Assembly (NCBI GenBank): GCA_949285665.1
Contig: CASDYC010000001.1
Span: 325,376-389,375, forward strand
From: an uncultured bacterium
Lineage (GTDB): Bacteria; Bacillota_I; Bacilli_A; RFN20; CAG-826
Direction: 5' to 3'
Length of the DNA: 64,000 nt
The notes under the pieces are model-generated. The model had not been told where the DNA came from. It did no database searches and worked only from the letters and a program-made list of their open reading frames with translations. Shown piece by piece: positions 9,762-21,206 of this stretch; the first letter of the stretch is position 1; each line of letters begins with the position of its first letter. The position numbers and the translations under genes are program-made.

Positions 9762-10970
9762 TTATTTTTCACGAATAAATTCTTGAAATTTCATAGCATC
9801 ATCAAGATTTTCAAATCTTCCCATAAAGAAAGTGTCACCCATTGCGTCGGAAATAGATTTTGGATATCTTCCATAATTTTTAATTTCGTTTTTATATTTT
9901 TCAAGAATTTCATCAAAACTATGTTTATAAGTTAATCTATCTCTTCTTGAAACAGACATTGAAAAATATTTTTCTTTAGTCATATCTTGACGATTTTCAT
10001 CATATGCAATCATATCAGCATATACATCATAAAATGAAACACTTGTAGCAATTGAAATTAAATCTGGTGTATATCCTCCAACTGGTCTCATATTAACTTC
10101 AAGTGGAATGAAATCATCTTTTTTACCTAATCCTCGGATATCTTTATTTAATCTAAAAAATTCAATATGGAAACATCTTGATTTAATATTAAAGGCTTTA
10201 ACAACTTTTTTTCCAATATTATCTAATCTTTGTGGAATTTTTTTAAATGTAAAATAAGCATCATCTAAATCTTCATGAACCATTTTATCAATAACTTCCA
10301 AATATTTATGAGATACTTTGAAAATAATTTCACCTTTTGAATTTGTAATTCCATCAAAAGAATAAATTGTTCCATCTATGTATTGTTCAAAAATATATTG
10401 ATGGTCATCTTTATATTCATAAAAATCTTGTAATTCTTTATCATTATTAATTTTGTGCGTCCCAGCAGCACCAACTCCAATATTTGGTTTGACAAAAATT
10501 GGATAACCAACTTGCTTTGCAAATTTTTGGGTACTTTCAAAATCATCACTTAAATGAAATTTAGCACATTTTACGCCGGCTTCTTGGAAATACTTTTTCA
10601 TTTCAGATTTAGCTTTGTATTTTAAAATATCAGAATGAAAAATTCCTGATCTAACATTAAACCACTCTCTTAATGTTGCATCTTCTTCTAACCAAAATTC
10701 ATTATTTGATTCAATCCAATCAATGTGTTGATATTTATCTTTATAATATTGAACACAGTTAATTAAATTATGCATATCAAATAATGAATAACATTGAATA
10801 TAATCAGTTAAAGCATTTTTAAGCTCTTCACTTAATTCGTGTGGATAAGCATCGCCTAAACCTAAAACATTTATATTTCTATTTTTTAAAGCTTGAGCAA
10901 ATCTATAATAAGTTGGTGGAAAATTTGGTGAAATCATCACGAAATTAATTTTATTGTTGTTATCTTGCAT
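9762..10970 (-). CDS. ATP-grasp domain ligase of unknown specificity
   Basis: The ATP-grasp core reads GYPIFVKPNIGVGAAGTHKI...EQYIDGTIYSFDGI. The true start is the ATG at 10970 (MQDNNNK), with AGGAGG 8 nt upstream embedded in the last atpC codons. The ORF-track start at 10991 is an artefact. Confidence 0.6.
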   Translation of the reverse strand: MQDNNNKINFVMISPNFPPTYYRFAQALKNRNINVLGLGDAYPHELSEELKNALTDYIQCYSLFDMHNLINCVQYYKDKYQHIDWIESNNEFWLEEDATLREWFNVRSGIFHSDILKYKAKSEMKKYFQEAGVKCAKFHLSDDFESTQKFAKQVGYPIFVKPNIGVGAAGTHKINNDKELQDFYEYKDDHQYIFEQYIDGTIYSFDGITNSKGEIIFKVSHKYLEVIDKMVHEDLDDAYFTFKKIPQRLDNIGKKVVKAFNIKSRCFHIEFFRLNKDIRGLGKKDDFIPLEVNMRPVGGYTPDLISIATSVSFYDVYADMIAYDENRQDMTKEKYFSMSVSRRDRLTYKHSFDEILEKYKNEIKNYGRYPKSISDAMGDTFFMGRFENLDDAMKFQEFIREK

Positions 10971-11376
10971 TAGAATTTCCTCCTTTAACACTAATTCTAT
11001 TTAATGCTTTTTTCAATTTTACTTCAGCATTACTTAATTCTTTGACAGTTTTTGCACTTAATATTAATTTTTCAGCATTTTGTTTTGCTTTAATTGCTCT
11101 TTCAATATCAATTTCTTCAACGCTTTCAATTGAAGATAATATTAAAATTGCCTCATTTTCTTTATGTTTAAATTCTAAAACACCATCAGAAATTGCAAAA
11201 TTCTTTTTTACTCCATTTTCAATTATTTTTAAATTAGAAATTTCAACATTACTAATCATATTTTCATGATTTGAATATATTCCAATTCGTCCATTAGGTG
11301 TTTTCAAAGACATTGATTGAATCATTGAATCATAATAATTTGTATATGGCGTGAATATTTTTAATCTAAATTCCAT
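10960..11376 (-). CDS. atpC: F0F1 ATP synthase epsilon subunit
   Basis: 138 aa at the end of the atp operon, with a typical N-terminal beta-sandwich sequence. Confidence 0.85.
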   Translation of the reverse strand: MEFRLKIFTPYTNYYDSMIQSMSLKTPNGRIGIYSNHENMISNVEISNLKIIENGVKKNFAISDGVLEFKHKENEAILILSSIESVEEIDIERAIKAKQNAEKLILSAKTVKELSNAEVKLKKALNRISVKGGNSNAR

Positions 11377-11378
11377 AA

Positions 11379-12788
<1,410 letters not shown>

Positions 12789-13655
12789 TTATTCTCCTTT
12801 TGAACTATTTGCTCCAGCTACAACTTCAATAATTTCAGAAGTAATGTTAGCTTGTCGAGCTTTATTAAATTTAATTTTAAATTCATTTGTAATTTCATTT
12901 GCATTGTTTGTAGCATTTTCCATCGCGTTTCTTCTTGATGCATATTCACAAACATTACTTTCTAATAATTTATTAAACAATAACGAATCAATATAATGAG
13001 GTAACATTTTATTTAAAACTTCATTAACATTTGGTTCAATTATTGGCTTAAATTCGAACTTTTCTTTATAATCTTCTAAATTAAATTCGAGAGGTAATAT
13101 TTTAATAATATCTGGCTTAAAAGTTAATGAGTTAATATATTTTGAATAAATTAACTTAACACTTTTGTATTTATTTCGTTTATAAATTTTGAAAATAAAA
13201 TGCCTCATATTTTTTACATTGTTATATGTAAAATTTAATAGTAACATTTTAAAATCATCATACATTTTGTTTTCAAAATTTTTAAAATGCATTATTCCTT
13301 TTTCTCCAATAACTAAAAGTTCATCGTCTTTTGTTAAAATATCTTCTAATTTTTTAAATATTTCAAAATTATATGAACCACATAAACCAAGTGTTGAAGA
13401 AACAATGATATATAAGTTTTTATTAGAATCGTATTGTTTTAAGCAATCTGGTAATTTATGACTTTTTAAATCATAATACGAAAGAGCTTTATAAAGAATA
13501 TCTTTCATTTGTTCATAATATAAATTGTTCGTATCAAAAAGGGATTTCAACCTTTTTAATTTAACACTAGCTACTAATTTCATAGCTTTGGTAATTTTTA
13601 AAGTTGAATCAATAGATTTTATTCTTGATTTAATTGATATTAAATTTCCATCCAT
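12789..13655 (-). CDS. atpG: F0F1 ATP synthase gamma subunit
   Basis: 288 aa between atpA and atpD, with the conserved gamma C-terminus ITxELxEIVxGA. Confidence 0.9.
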   Translation of the reverse strand: MDGNLISIKSRIKSIDSTLKITKAMKLVASVKLKRLKSLFDTNNLYYEQMKDILYKALSYYDLKSHKLPDCLKQYDSNKNLYIIVSSTLGLCGSYNFEIFKKLEDILTKDDELLVIGEKGIMHFKNFENKMYDDFKMLLLNFTYNNVKNMRHFIFKIYKRNKYKSVKLIYSKYINSLTFKPDIIKILPLEFNLEDYKEKFEFKPIIEPNVNEVLNKMLPHYIDSLLFNKLLESNVCEYASRRNAMENATNNANEITNEFKIKFNKARQANITSEIIEVVAGANSSKGE

Positions 13656-13658
13656 TAA

Positions 13659-15161
13659 TTAAAGTACCTTTTTAACCGTTGATACACATTCTTCAATTTC
13701 GTGTTTTAATTCATCATCTAACAAATAACCATTTTCTAATTTTTCATATATATCATTTTTTTGAGAATAAATATATTCAGAAATTCTTTTTAATGCTTTG
13801 TGAACATTTTCAACTTCAATATCATCTATTAATTTATTTTGAGCAATATAAATGTCAACAATTTCTTGAGATAAACTTAATGGAGAGTATTGTTTTTGCT
13901 TTAAAACTTCCATTAAAATAGAACCATGTTTTAATATATCCTTTGTAACTTTATCAAGGTCAGAACCAAATCTTGAAAATTCTAATAATTCTTGATAATT
14001 TGCTAATTCAATTTTCATTGAAGATGAAACTTCTTTCATTGATTTATATTGAGCTGCGCTTCCAACTCTTGAAACACTTAGTCCACTGTCAATTGCTGGT
14101 CTTTGACCTTTGTTAAATAGGTCGTTACTTAAAAAGATTTGACCATCGGTAATTGAAATAACATTTGTTGGAATATATGCACTAATATCACCAGCTTGAG
14201 TTTCAATAATTGGCAAAGCAGTTAAAGATCCACCTTTTAATTCGCTTTTTAAATGACACGCTCTTTCTAATAATCTTGAATGAATATAGAAAATATCGCC
14301 AGGATAAGCTTCTCTTCCAGGAGATCTTTTTAAAAGTAAACTTAAAGTTCTATAAGAAACTGCGTGTTTTGATAAATCATCATAAACAATTAAAACATCT
14401 TTACCTTGAAGCATCCAATGTTCGGCAATACTTGTTGCAGCATATGGAGCAATATAAAGTAATGGCGCACTTTCACTAGCACCTGCACAGACAACAGTTG
14501 TATATTTCATAGCACCAAATTCTTGTAATTTTTGTACTAATTGAGCAACAGTAGAATTTTTTTGTCCAATTGCAACATATACACAATATACGTTTTTGTC
14601 TTTTTGATTTAATATTGTATCGATTGCAATTGCTGTTTTCCCAGTTTGTCGGTCTCCAATAATTAATTCTCTTTGACCTTTTCCAATTGGAATCATTGAA
14701 TCTATTGCTTTAATTCCAGTTAATAATGGAGAATTAACACTCTCTCGATCCATAATTTTTGGAGCTGGCATTTCAATTGGACGATAAAATTTTGTTTTAA
14801 TTTCGCCTTTTCCATCAAGAGGTTGACCAATTGAATTAACAACTCTTCCTAATAATTCATCACCGACTGGAACTTCTACAACTTTGTTTGTTCTTTTAAC
14901 AACATCCCCTTCATGAATTAAACTATCTTTTCCAAGTAATACACAACCAACCGAATTTTCTTCTAAATTCATGACCATACCATAAACATCGTTTGGAAAA
15001 ATAAGTAATTCTGACATCATTACATTTTTTAAACCATAAATTTGAGCAATGCCATCTCCAATTGTAACAACTGTTCCAACATCGCCAACATCAATTTTAT
15101 CTTCGTAATTTTCAAGTTGTTTTTTTATTAAACCAGATAAAGCTTCGAGATTATCTATCAT
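13659..15161 (-). CDS. atpA: F0F1 ATP synthase alpha subunit
   Basis: GDRQTGKT P-loop, 500 aa. Confidence 0.95.
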   Translation of the reverse strand: MIDNLEALSGLIKKQLENYEDKIDVGDVGTVVTIGDGIAQIYGLKNVMMSELLIFPNDVYGMVMNLEENSVGCVLLGKDSLIHEGDVVKRTNKVVEVPVGDELLGRVVNSIGQPLDGKGEIKTKFYRPIEMPAPKIMDRESVNSPLLTGIKAIDSMIPIGKGQRELIIGDRQTGKTAIAIDTILNQKDKNVYCVYVAIGQKNSTVAQLVQKLQEFGAMKYTTVVCAGASESAPLLYIAPYAATSIAEHWMLQGKDVLIVYDDLSKHAVSYRTLSLLLKRSPGREAYPGDIFYIHSRLLERACHLKSELKGGSLTALPIIETQAGDISAYIPTNVISITDGQIFLSNDLFNKGQRPAIDSGLSVSRVGSAAQYKSMKEVSSSMKIELANYQELLEFSRFGSDLDKVTKDILKHGSILMEVLKQKQYSPLSLSQEIVDIYIAQNKLIDDIEVENVHKALKRISEYIYSQKNDIYEKLENGYLLDDELKHEIEECVSTVKKVL

Positions 15162-15171
15162 ACTTTTTTCC

Positions 15172-15714
15172 TCACTTAATATTTTTAATTAAATTATCTT
15201 TAATAACATTCAATTTATTATTTAAAGAATAGTCATAAATTTGGTCTTCTATAATAATTTTTATCCCACCAATTAAATTTTTTTGATAAACTTGCCGAAA
15301 TTCAATTGGTTTATTGTATTTCTTTTTAAAAATTGTCTCAAGATTTAAAATTCTTTCTTCACTAAGTGTAAAAGGAGTGTAAATTTTACCTTCTAAAATT
15401 CCTTTTTCTCTATTATAAATATGCTTAAATTCACGATAAATTCGATGATAATATTTCATTACATTGTAATCAATTAAAATAAATGAAAAATAAGTTACAT
15501 ATTTATTAATTCTATCTTTAAAAACATTACTAAATACTTGTTTTTTTATTTCTTTTTCAATTAATGGAGAATCAAAAAATAATAGGAATTTTTCATTCTT
15601 ATCTAAAACATCTCTTACAAATTTTAAGCTAGTAAGAGTTTCATCAAGAATATTTAATTCTTTTCCAGCTTCAAATAAAGCAATTGAAAAATGAAATAAC
15701 TTATTTCTGATCAT
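15172..15714 (-). CDS. atpH: F0F1 ATP synthase delta subunit
   Basis: 180 aa; position in the operon. Confidence 0.75.
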   Translation of the reverse strand: MIRNKLFHFSIALFEAGKELNILDETLTSLKFVRDVLDKNEKFLLFFDSPLIEKEIKKQVFSNVFKDRINKYVTYFSFILIDYNVMKYYHRIYREFKHIYNREKGILEGKIYTPFTLSEERILNLETIFKKKYNKPIEFRQVYQKNLIGGIKIIIEDQIYDYSLNNKLNVIKDNLIKNIK

Positions 15715-16303
15715 TATTTTGATTTTCCTTATTTAATTTATTGATAAATTCATCAACTAATTTATCATTATCGTCTTGATTAACTTCTCTTTTTAATATT
15801 TCTTTACTTAAATCAAAACAGTTGTTAATAATTTGTTCGTTGATTTCTTTTTGCATATTTTCACGATTCTTTTTAAGTTCTTCGATTGATTGTTCTTGTC
15901 GTTCTTCAATCATTTTTTTAGTATCTTCCATCATCTTGTTTTGATTATCTAAGGCAACTTGTTGAGCTTTTGACAAAATTTCTCCTGCTTGTTTGTGAGC
16001 ATCTTGAATTTCTTCTTGAGCTTTATTTTTTGCCATATTCGCATCATCTAAAGCCTTTTTTGATTCTTGAATATTTTTTTCAATATAATCTTTTCTCTTT
16101 TCGAGTAATTTTTTAACTGGTTTATAGGCAAAAACAAAGACAATTAAAACCATGATTAAAAAGGCAATAATTGTTGAAATTGTAACCCAAATATTTGGCC
16201 ATAATTTATCTGGTATACTTTCAAATTCTTCACTAATTGCCGAACAAGAAGTAAGCAAAAAAGAATTGAATAAAATTAAAATTAGAAAGATTTTTTTCTT
16301 CAT
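15701..16303 (-). CDS. atpF: F0F1 ATP synthase b subunit with an N-terminal lipoprotein signal
   Basis: Signal peptide plus lipobox (LLTSC), then a transmembrane helix and a long charged coiled coil typical of subunit b. Confidence 0.8.
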   Translation of the reverse strand: MKKKIFLILILFNSFLLTSCSAISEEFESIPDKLWPNIWVTISTIIAFLIMVLIVFVFAYKPVKKLLEKRKDYIEKNIQESKKALDDANMAKNKAQEEIQDAHKQAGEILSKAQQVALDNQNKMMEDTKKMIEERQEQSIEELKKNRENMQKEINEQIINNCFDLSKEILKREVNQDDNDKLVDEFINKLNKENQNNDQK

Positions 16304-16306
16304 AAA

Positions 16307-16519
16307 TTACTTAACAAACCAAACCAAAATTCCAAGAACTAAAATGTAAATTGCGCAAGTTTCAACTAAAGCAGTACCAATAATTAAGGTGGTTCTAATA
16401 TGGCTTCCTGCTTCTGGATTTCTAGCAATTCCATCTAAAGCTTTAAATGTTCCAATAGCTTCACCAATACCAACGAGTGCTATTGCAAAACCAAATAATG
16501 CCATTGCAATGTATTCCAT
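16307..16519 (-). CDS. atpE: F0F1 ATP synthase c subunit
   Basis: 70-aa hairpin proteolipid with a conserved Glu (VETCAIY). Confidence 0.9.
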   Translation of the reverse strand: MEYIAMALFGFAIALVGIGEAIGTFKALDGIARNPEAGSHIRTTLIIGTALVETCAIYILVLGILVWFVK

Positions 16520-16537
16520 AAATTTCTCCTTTCTTTT

Positions 16538-17266
16538 TTATGCTAATTGCTCAGTTAGAAGCTTAGAATCTTCTTCGCTCTCCGGCGCTTCTTGAGCAAC
16601 ATTAACCATTGTTAACATAGTAAATACAGCCATCTGTATTAAACCATCAAATATATCAAAATATGCATGTAATAAAGGCGTAACTACAAATCCAAATGAA
16701 AAACTATCAGGTATTGAAAATGCTAAATAACAAATTGTAACTATACAATAACCGGCTAATGCATTGCCAAACAATCTGAAAGATAGTGAAAAAACTGGAG
16801 CCCACATTGATACTAAATTAATAGGTAAAAAGAATGGTAAAGGTTCAACATATCTTTTAAAATAACTCAAATGTTTAAATCTCATTGAAGTTATATGAAT
16901 TGCACCTAATGTGCATAAAGCAATTGCTAATGTAATTCCTAAATAAGTAAATGGATTTGGAAAACCTAAAAGTCCAATTATAAAACCAAACATGATAAAT
17001 AATCCGAGTCCTAAAACATACCCTCCGAAGTTTTTAAATTTTGATCCCATTAATTTAGATACTTGATTATCGACAAAACTTACTAATATTTCAGCAATAT
17101 TTAAAATACCTTTTGGTTTTTTAAGTGGATCAGCACGTTTTGCTTTAAAACCGATAATTAAAGACAAAATAATTACAATTAAAATTACAATTAAAGCAGA
17201 TATAAATTCGCCTGGTATTCTAAAACCAATAATGTTATCAATGTTAATACCACTAACTAAAAACAT
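16538..17266 (-). CDS. atpB: F0F1 ATP synthase a subunit
   Basis: Polytopic membrane protein with the conserved Arg of FRLFGN. Confidence 0.85.
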   Translation of the reverse strand: MFLVSGINIDNIIGFRIPGEFISALIVILIVIILSLIIGFKAKRADPLKKPKGILNIAEILVSFVDNQVSKLMGSKFKNFGGYVLGLGLFIMFGFIIGLLGFPNPFTYLGITLAIALCTLGAIHITSMRFKHLSYFKRYVEPLPFFLPINLVSMWAPVFSLSFRLFGNALAGYCIVTICYLAFSIPDSFSFGFVVTPLLHAYFDIFDGLIQMAVFTMLTMVNVAQEAPESEEDSKLLTEQLA

Positions 17267-17629
17267 CTACTCTAACCTCCATCTGATAACTATTATAATA
17301 TATATAATAGTTATTTCAATTATACTTGTAAAAATAAAGTAAATATCTTTATTGCAAAAATATAGATAACAAAAACAACAAACTAAACACAAAAATACTA
17401 AAAATAATCTTGACAAATTTAGTAAGATTAATGATCTTGAGTTAAAAAATTTATTTTCTAATTCAAAACTAACTACTAAAAAACTACCGAAAAATATACT
17501 AATTAAATAACAAATAATAAATTCAATTAAATATCCATAAAAAAATAATATAATTCCTGAAATTATAGCCAAAAGTATATTTATTGTACTAGTTAAAAAA
17601 TAGTACAAAATCTGTCTTTTTTTAGTCAT
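17267..17629 (-). CDS. atpI: ATP synthase protein I-like small membrane protein
   Basis: 120-aa hydrophobic first gene of the operon. Confidence 0.5.
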   Translation of the reverse strand: MTKKRQILYYFLTSTINILLAIISGIILFFYGYLIEFIICYLISIFFGSFLVVSFELENKFFNSRSLILLNLSRLFLVFLCLVCCFCYLYFCNKDIYFIFTSIIEITIIYIIIVIRWRLE

Positions 17630-17688
17630 TTTTTAGTAAAAACTCTGCAATTCCTTAATATTTTTTATTGATATGATTTATTACTAAC

Positions 17689-17718
17689 TTGAATGTTAAC
17701 AAATCACCTTGATATTAT
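17689..17718 (+). promoter_or_regulatory. Sigma-A-type promoter with extended -10 (TTGAAT, 18 nt, TGaTATTAT) for the downstream kinase-like gene
   Basis: Hexamers read directly from the sequence. AAGGAG RBS 9 nt before the ATG at 17814. Confidence 0.4.
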
Positions 17719-17813
17719 ACACCTTTTTCGATTATCTATTTAGTTGTTATTTTTCTCTATTTTTTTTATAATATAAACACGAATACATAATAAAAAAGGA
17801 GAATTATAATTTT

Positions 17814-19469
17814 ATGGCCTTTGAAGTAAAAATAGAAAATTATGGTGTTGATAAGAAAATAAGATCAAACAAATTAGCACTAATTGATTTAATTAGCGAT
17901 GAAGATAAAACTAAATATTTAGCTGCAAGAGTTAACAATAGATTAAGAGAATTAACTTATGAAATATATTATGATTGTACAGTTGATTTTCTTGATTTAA
18001 ATGATTATGATGCATGTTCGGTTTATGAGAGATCTTTAAGATATTTATTTTCGATGGCATGTAAATTATTATATCCAAATTTACAATTTAGAATGTCTTA
18101 TAGTGTTTCAAGATCAATTCAAGTAAAAGGTTTAAGTGGAGCTACTTTTTCTCTTGATATGGTTGCACAAATTGATAAAAAAATGAGAGAAATTGTTGAT
18201 GCTGATTACGAATTTAAAAAGGTAATTGCCCCAATTGATGAAGCAAAAGAAATTTATAAAAAATTTGGATATCAAGATAAAATTGAAATCTTAAAATATA
18301 GACCTGAAAATACTGTTCACTTCTATAATTGTAACGGTTATATGAACTATATGTATGGTATTATGGTTCCTTCAACTGGTTATTTAACTGATTATAAAAT
18401 TAGATTATATAGTGATGGAATAATTCTCCAATATCCTCGTAGTGAAGAAAAAGGAAAAATTCCTCCATTTATTGATGCACCAGTTTTTGGAAAAACATTA
18501 AATGAATCATTTAGATGGGGAAAATTAATCGGTGCAAACTCAATTGCAAAAATTAATGAATTCAAAGACTTTTATGGTGATATTGCTTTTGCAAATATTT
18601 GTGAAACAAGACATAATCATATGTTATCAGAAATTGGTCAAGCAATTGAAAATAATATTGATAATATCAAATTAATTTGTATTGCCGGACCATCATCAAG
18701 CGGAAAAACTACTTTTGCAAATAGATTAAGAATCGAACTTCTTTCTCGTGGTATTAAATCAATTAAAATTTCAATTGATGATTATTACAAACTTAAATCA
18801 GAAATTCCTCTTGGAGAAGATGGAAAACCAGATTTAGAAACGATTCATGCTTTAAATATTGAAAGATTTAATCATGATTTATTAAATTTAATTCAAGGAA
18901 AAACGGTAACTCTTCCTCATTTTAATTTTGAAACTGGAAAAATTGAAGACGGGAAAACAATTTCTGTTGAAAAAGATGAACCTATTATTATTGAAGGAAT
19001 TCATGCTTTAAATAATATGCTCACTTCTTCAATTGCAAATGAACAAAAATACAGAATTTATATTGCACCTCAAGCTCAAATTTATCTTGATGATCAAAAT
19101 CCAATGTCCTTGACAGATTTAAGATTATTAAGAAGATTGGTAAGAGATTATAAATTTAGAAATGCACCAGCTGAAGAAACTCTTTCCATGTGGCAAAATG
19201 TTAGAGCTGGTGAATTTAAATGGATTTATGATACTCAAGAAAATGCTGATTATGTATTTAATTCATTTTTACAATATGAATTATGTGTCATTAAAAAATA
19301 TGCAATGCCACTTTTAACTCAAATTCCAAAAGACAATGAGTATTTCCCAATGGCTGAAAGATTAATGAGATTATTAAAATACTTTGAAGACATGGATGAT
19401 AATGTCGTTCCAAACAATTCACTTATTAGAGAATTTATTGGTGGATCTGTTTATCAAAATGTTTTATGA
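17814..19469 (+). CDS. Uridine-kinase-family (PRK/URK P-loop) protein with a long N-terminal ThrRS/TGS-like extension
   Basis: Walker A AGPSSSGKTTFANRL in the C-terminal half. The 551-aa architecture resembles the long 'uridine kinase' proteins of Clostridia. Confidence 0.55.
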   Translation: MAFEVKIENYGVDKKIRSNKLALIDLISDEDKTKYLAARVNNRLRELTYEIYYDCTVDFLDLNDYDACSVYERSLRYLFSMACKLLYPNLQFRMSYSVSRSIQVKGLSGATFSLDMVAQIDKKMREIVDADYEFKKVIAPIDEAKEIYKKFGYQDKIEILKYRPENTVHFYNCNGYMNYMYGIMVPSTGYLTDYKIRLYSDGIILQYPRSEEKGKIPPFIDAPVFGKTLNESFRWGKLIGANSIAKINEFKDFYGDIAFANICETRHNHMLSEIGQAIENNIDNIKLICIAGPSSSGKTTFANRLRIELLSRGIKSIKISIDDYYKLKSEIPLGEDGKPDLETIHALNIERFNHDLLNLIQGKTVTLPHFNFETGKIEDGKTISVEKDEPIIIEGIHALNNMLTSSIANEQKYRIYIAPQAQIYLDDQNPMSLTDLRLLRRLVRDYKFRNAPAEETLSMWQNVRAGEFKWIYDTQENADYVFNSFLQYELCVIKKYAMPLLTQIPKDNEYFPMAERLMRLLKYFEDMDDNVVPNNSLIREFIGGSVYQNVL

Positions 19470-20578
19470 TTTGTTAATTTATAGTAAATTTCTTTTTCCT
19501 TATTATATATATTAACTAAAATATAATAATAAACTTTCCTCATTTTAAGGTATCTTTCTTTAAATTCTTTATTTTCATTTAGTGATAATAAATGACTTGA
19601 GAAAATTTGTTCAATTCTAAAAAATACTTCGTATAAAGAAATTAATGTTAGATGGAATAAAGATTGTTCATTTGAATAAATCATTAATGGTGAAGAATGG
19701 GCAATCTCACTACTATATTCATAAAGTTTTGAATAGTTTTCTAATCCGGCCATTTTTTCAACACCATCTCTAAAATTAAGTTTATAATTTTCTTCTAATT
19801 TAAATTCATCAATTGCCAATAAATATCCATATTCGATATATTTTTTCATGTCTTTTGATTTTAAATTATAAACTTTCATCTCTTTTTTGATCTCTTCAAA
19901 TATTTCATTAGTTTTGTCAGGATTTTTTATTAATTTTCGATAAGCTAAAGAATATGTTAAATGTTTTAAATAAGATGTAATAACTGGTTTTTTATATTTT
20001 ATTAAAATTCTTAAAACACATTCAGTCTCATGTAGTGTTCTCCAGGTAGAAAATGCTTCTGCTTCAAATCCATTTGTTAATAATTCTAGTGTGCATTTTG
20101 AAATCTTAATACATTTCATTAATACATCCGAAATTAAAGTTATAAATGGATTATTTTTTGAAAATTGTAAATTAACTTTATTCATGAAATTTAAATATAA
20201 AGTTAAAGTTGAAATAGATGGAGAAAATTTATTTGCAAAATATTTTTCATTTAAATCTATTTTTTCATTAGTTAGGTATTTATCTAAAGCAATTGATGAT
20301 AAAGCATCAAGAGAATCGCTATCATTATTAAATTTTAATATCTCTTCCTCAGATTTTCCTTGGACACAATAATTATATTCTGCATATAAATATAAGAAAA
20401 CAGCATAAGGATTTATATCACTAAAATTATCTGATACAGAGGTATCTACTTCGTTATTATAATAATCAATGATATTATTTAATAAATTATATAAAAAATC
20501 TTCATCATATAATGGATTTTGATTTATTCTTTTATAAAATATGTTAAATTCTTCCTTAGTTATCTTTTGTATTTTCAT
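19454..20578 (-). CDS. Hypothetical 374-aa protein; last gene of the addBA operon
   Basis: ATG at 20578 with GAGGT RBS. Overlaps the upstream gene by 23 nt. No recognisable motifs. Confidence 0.5.
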   Translation of the reverse strand: MKIQKITKEEFNIFYKRINQNPLYDEDFLYNLLNNIIDYYNNEVDTSVSDNFSDINPYAVFLYLYAEYNYCVQGKSEEEILKFNNDSDSLDALSSIALDKYLTNEKIDLNEKYFANKFSPSISTLTLYLNFMNKVNLQFSKNNPFITLISDVLMKCIKISKCTLELLTNGFEAEAFSTWRTLHETECVLRILIKYKKPVITSYLKHLTYSLAYRKLIKNPDKTNEIFEEIKKEMKVYNLKSKDMKKYIEYGYLLAIDEFKLEENYKLNFRDGVEKMAGLENYSKLYEYSSEIAHSSPLMIYSNEQSLFHLTLISLYEVFFRIEQIFSSHLLSLNENKEFKERYLKMRKVYYYILVNIYNKEKEIYYKLTNHKTF

Positions 20579-21206
20579 AAATTACCTCAATTTGAACTTT
20601 ATTCATTTTTGCATAATATTCTAAATCATTAAATAAATCTTCACTAATTTGTTTTGCTATATAAATTTTACTAACAATTGGTAAGAAGAAACAACCATTA
20701 ATTAATGCTTCATTTGCAAGAACAAAACAATAATCATCCTCATTTCCAATGCAACATAATTTAATTTGATTAACAACTTCTTCTAATTTATCATATTTAA
20801 TTTCTAAATCATCTTCGTTATGCATTTTATAAAAATTTGCTAATAAAGCACGATAACCTAATTCATCCAATTTATTAAAATCATATTCTACATAAAATGG
20901 AGCATCGTTTTTTAGGTTTATTTTTGTTTGAAAAATTGCAATATTATAATCTTCTAACAATAAATTTATTTTTTCTTTATTCTCAAACTTTCCAGTATAT
21001 TGAGGTTTTTTAAAAAATACAACATTATCAAATAAATGCTCTAAAAATGGATATCTCTTATTATTTCTTTCATCAACATAATAATCAAGGTTACCTGATC
21101 TAATTAATTTAACATTTAACCAATCTTTCTTTTTTAATAAAGCCTGATAAATTTTTCTTTCATCATCTGAAAATTCATCTTCTAAAATTTTAATATCTTC
21201 AAACAT
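20556..21206 (-). CDS. Hypothetical 216-aa protein, translationally coupled to addA
   Basis: ATG at 21206 with GGAGG RBS. Overlaps the addA stop. Confidence 0.5.
   Translation of the reverse strand: MFEDIKILEDEFSDDERKIYQALLKKKDWLNVKLIRSGNLDYYVDERNNKRYPFLEHLFDNVVFFKKPQYTGKFENKEKINLLLEDYNIAIFQTKINLKNDAPFYVEYDFNKLDELGYRALLANFYKMHNEDDLEIKYDKLEEVVNQIKLCCIGNEDDYCFVLANEALINGCFFLPIVSKIYIAKQISEDLFNDLEYYAKMNKVQIEVIYENTKDN

Noticed and set aside
9762-10970. The ATP-grasp protein, considered as D-Ala-D-Ala ligase.
   Set aside because: No Ddl-specific motifs are present and the protein has an N-terminal extension. In a likely wall-less lineage Ddl would be unexpected, so only the ATP-grasp superfamily call is made.
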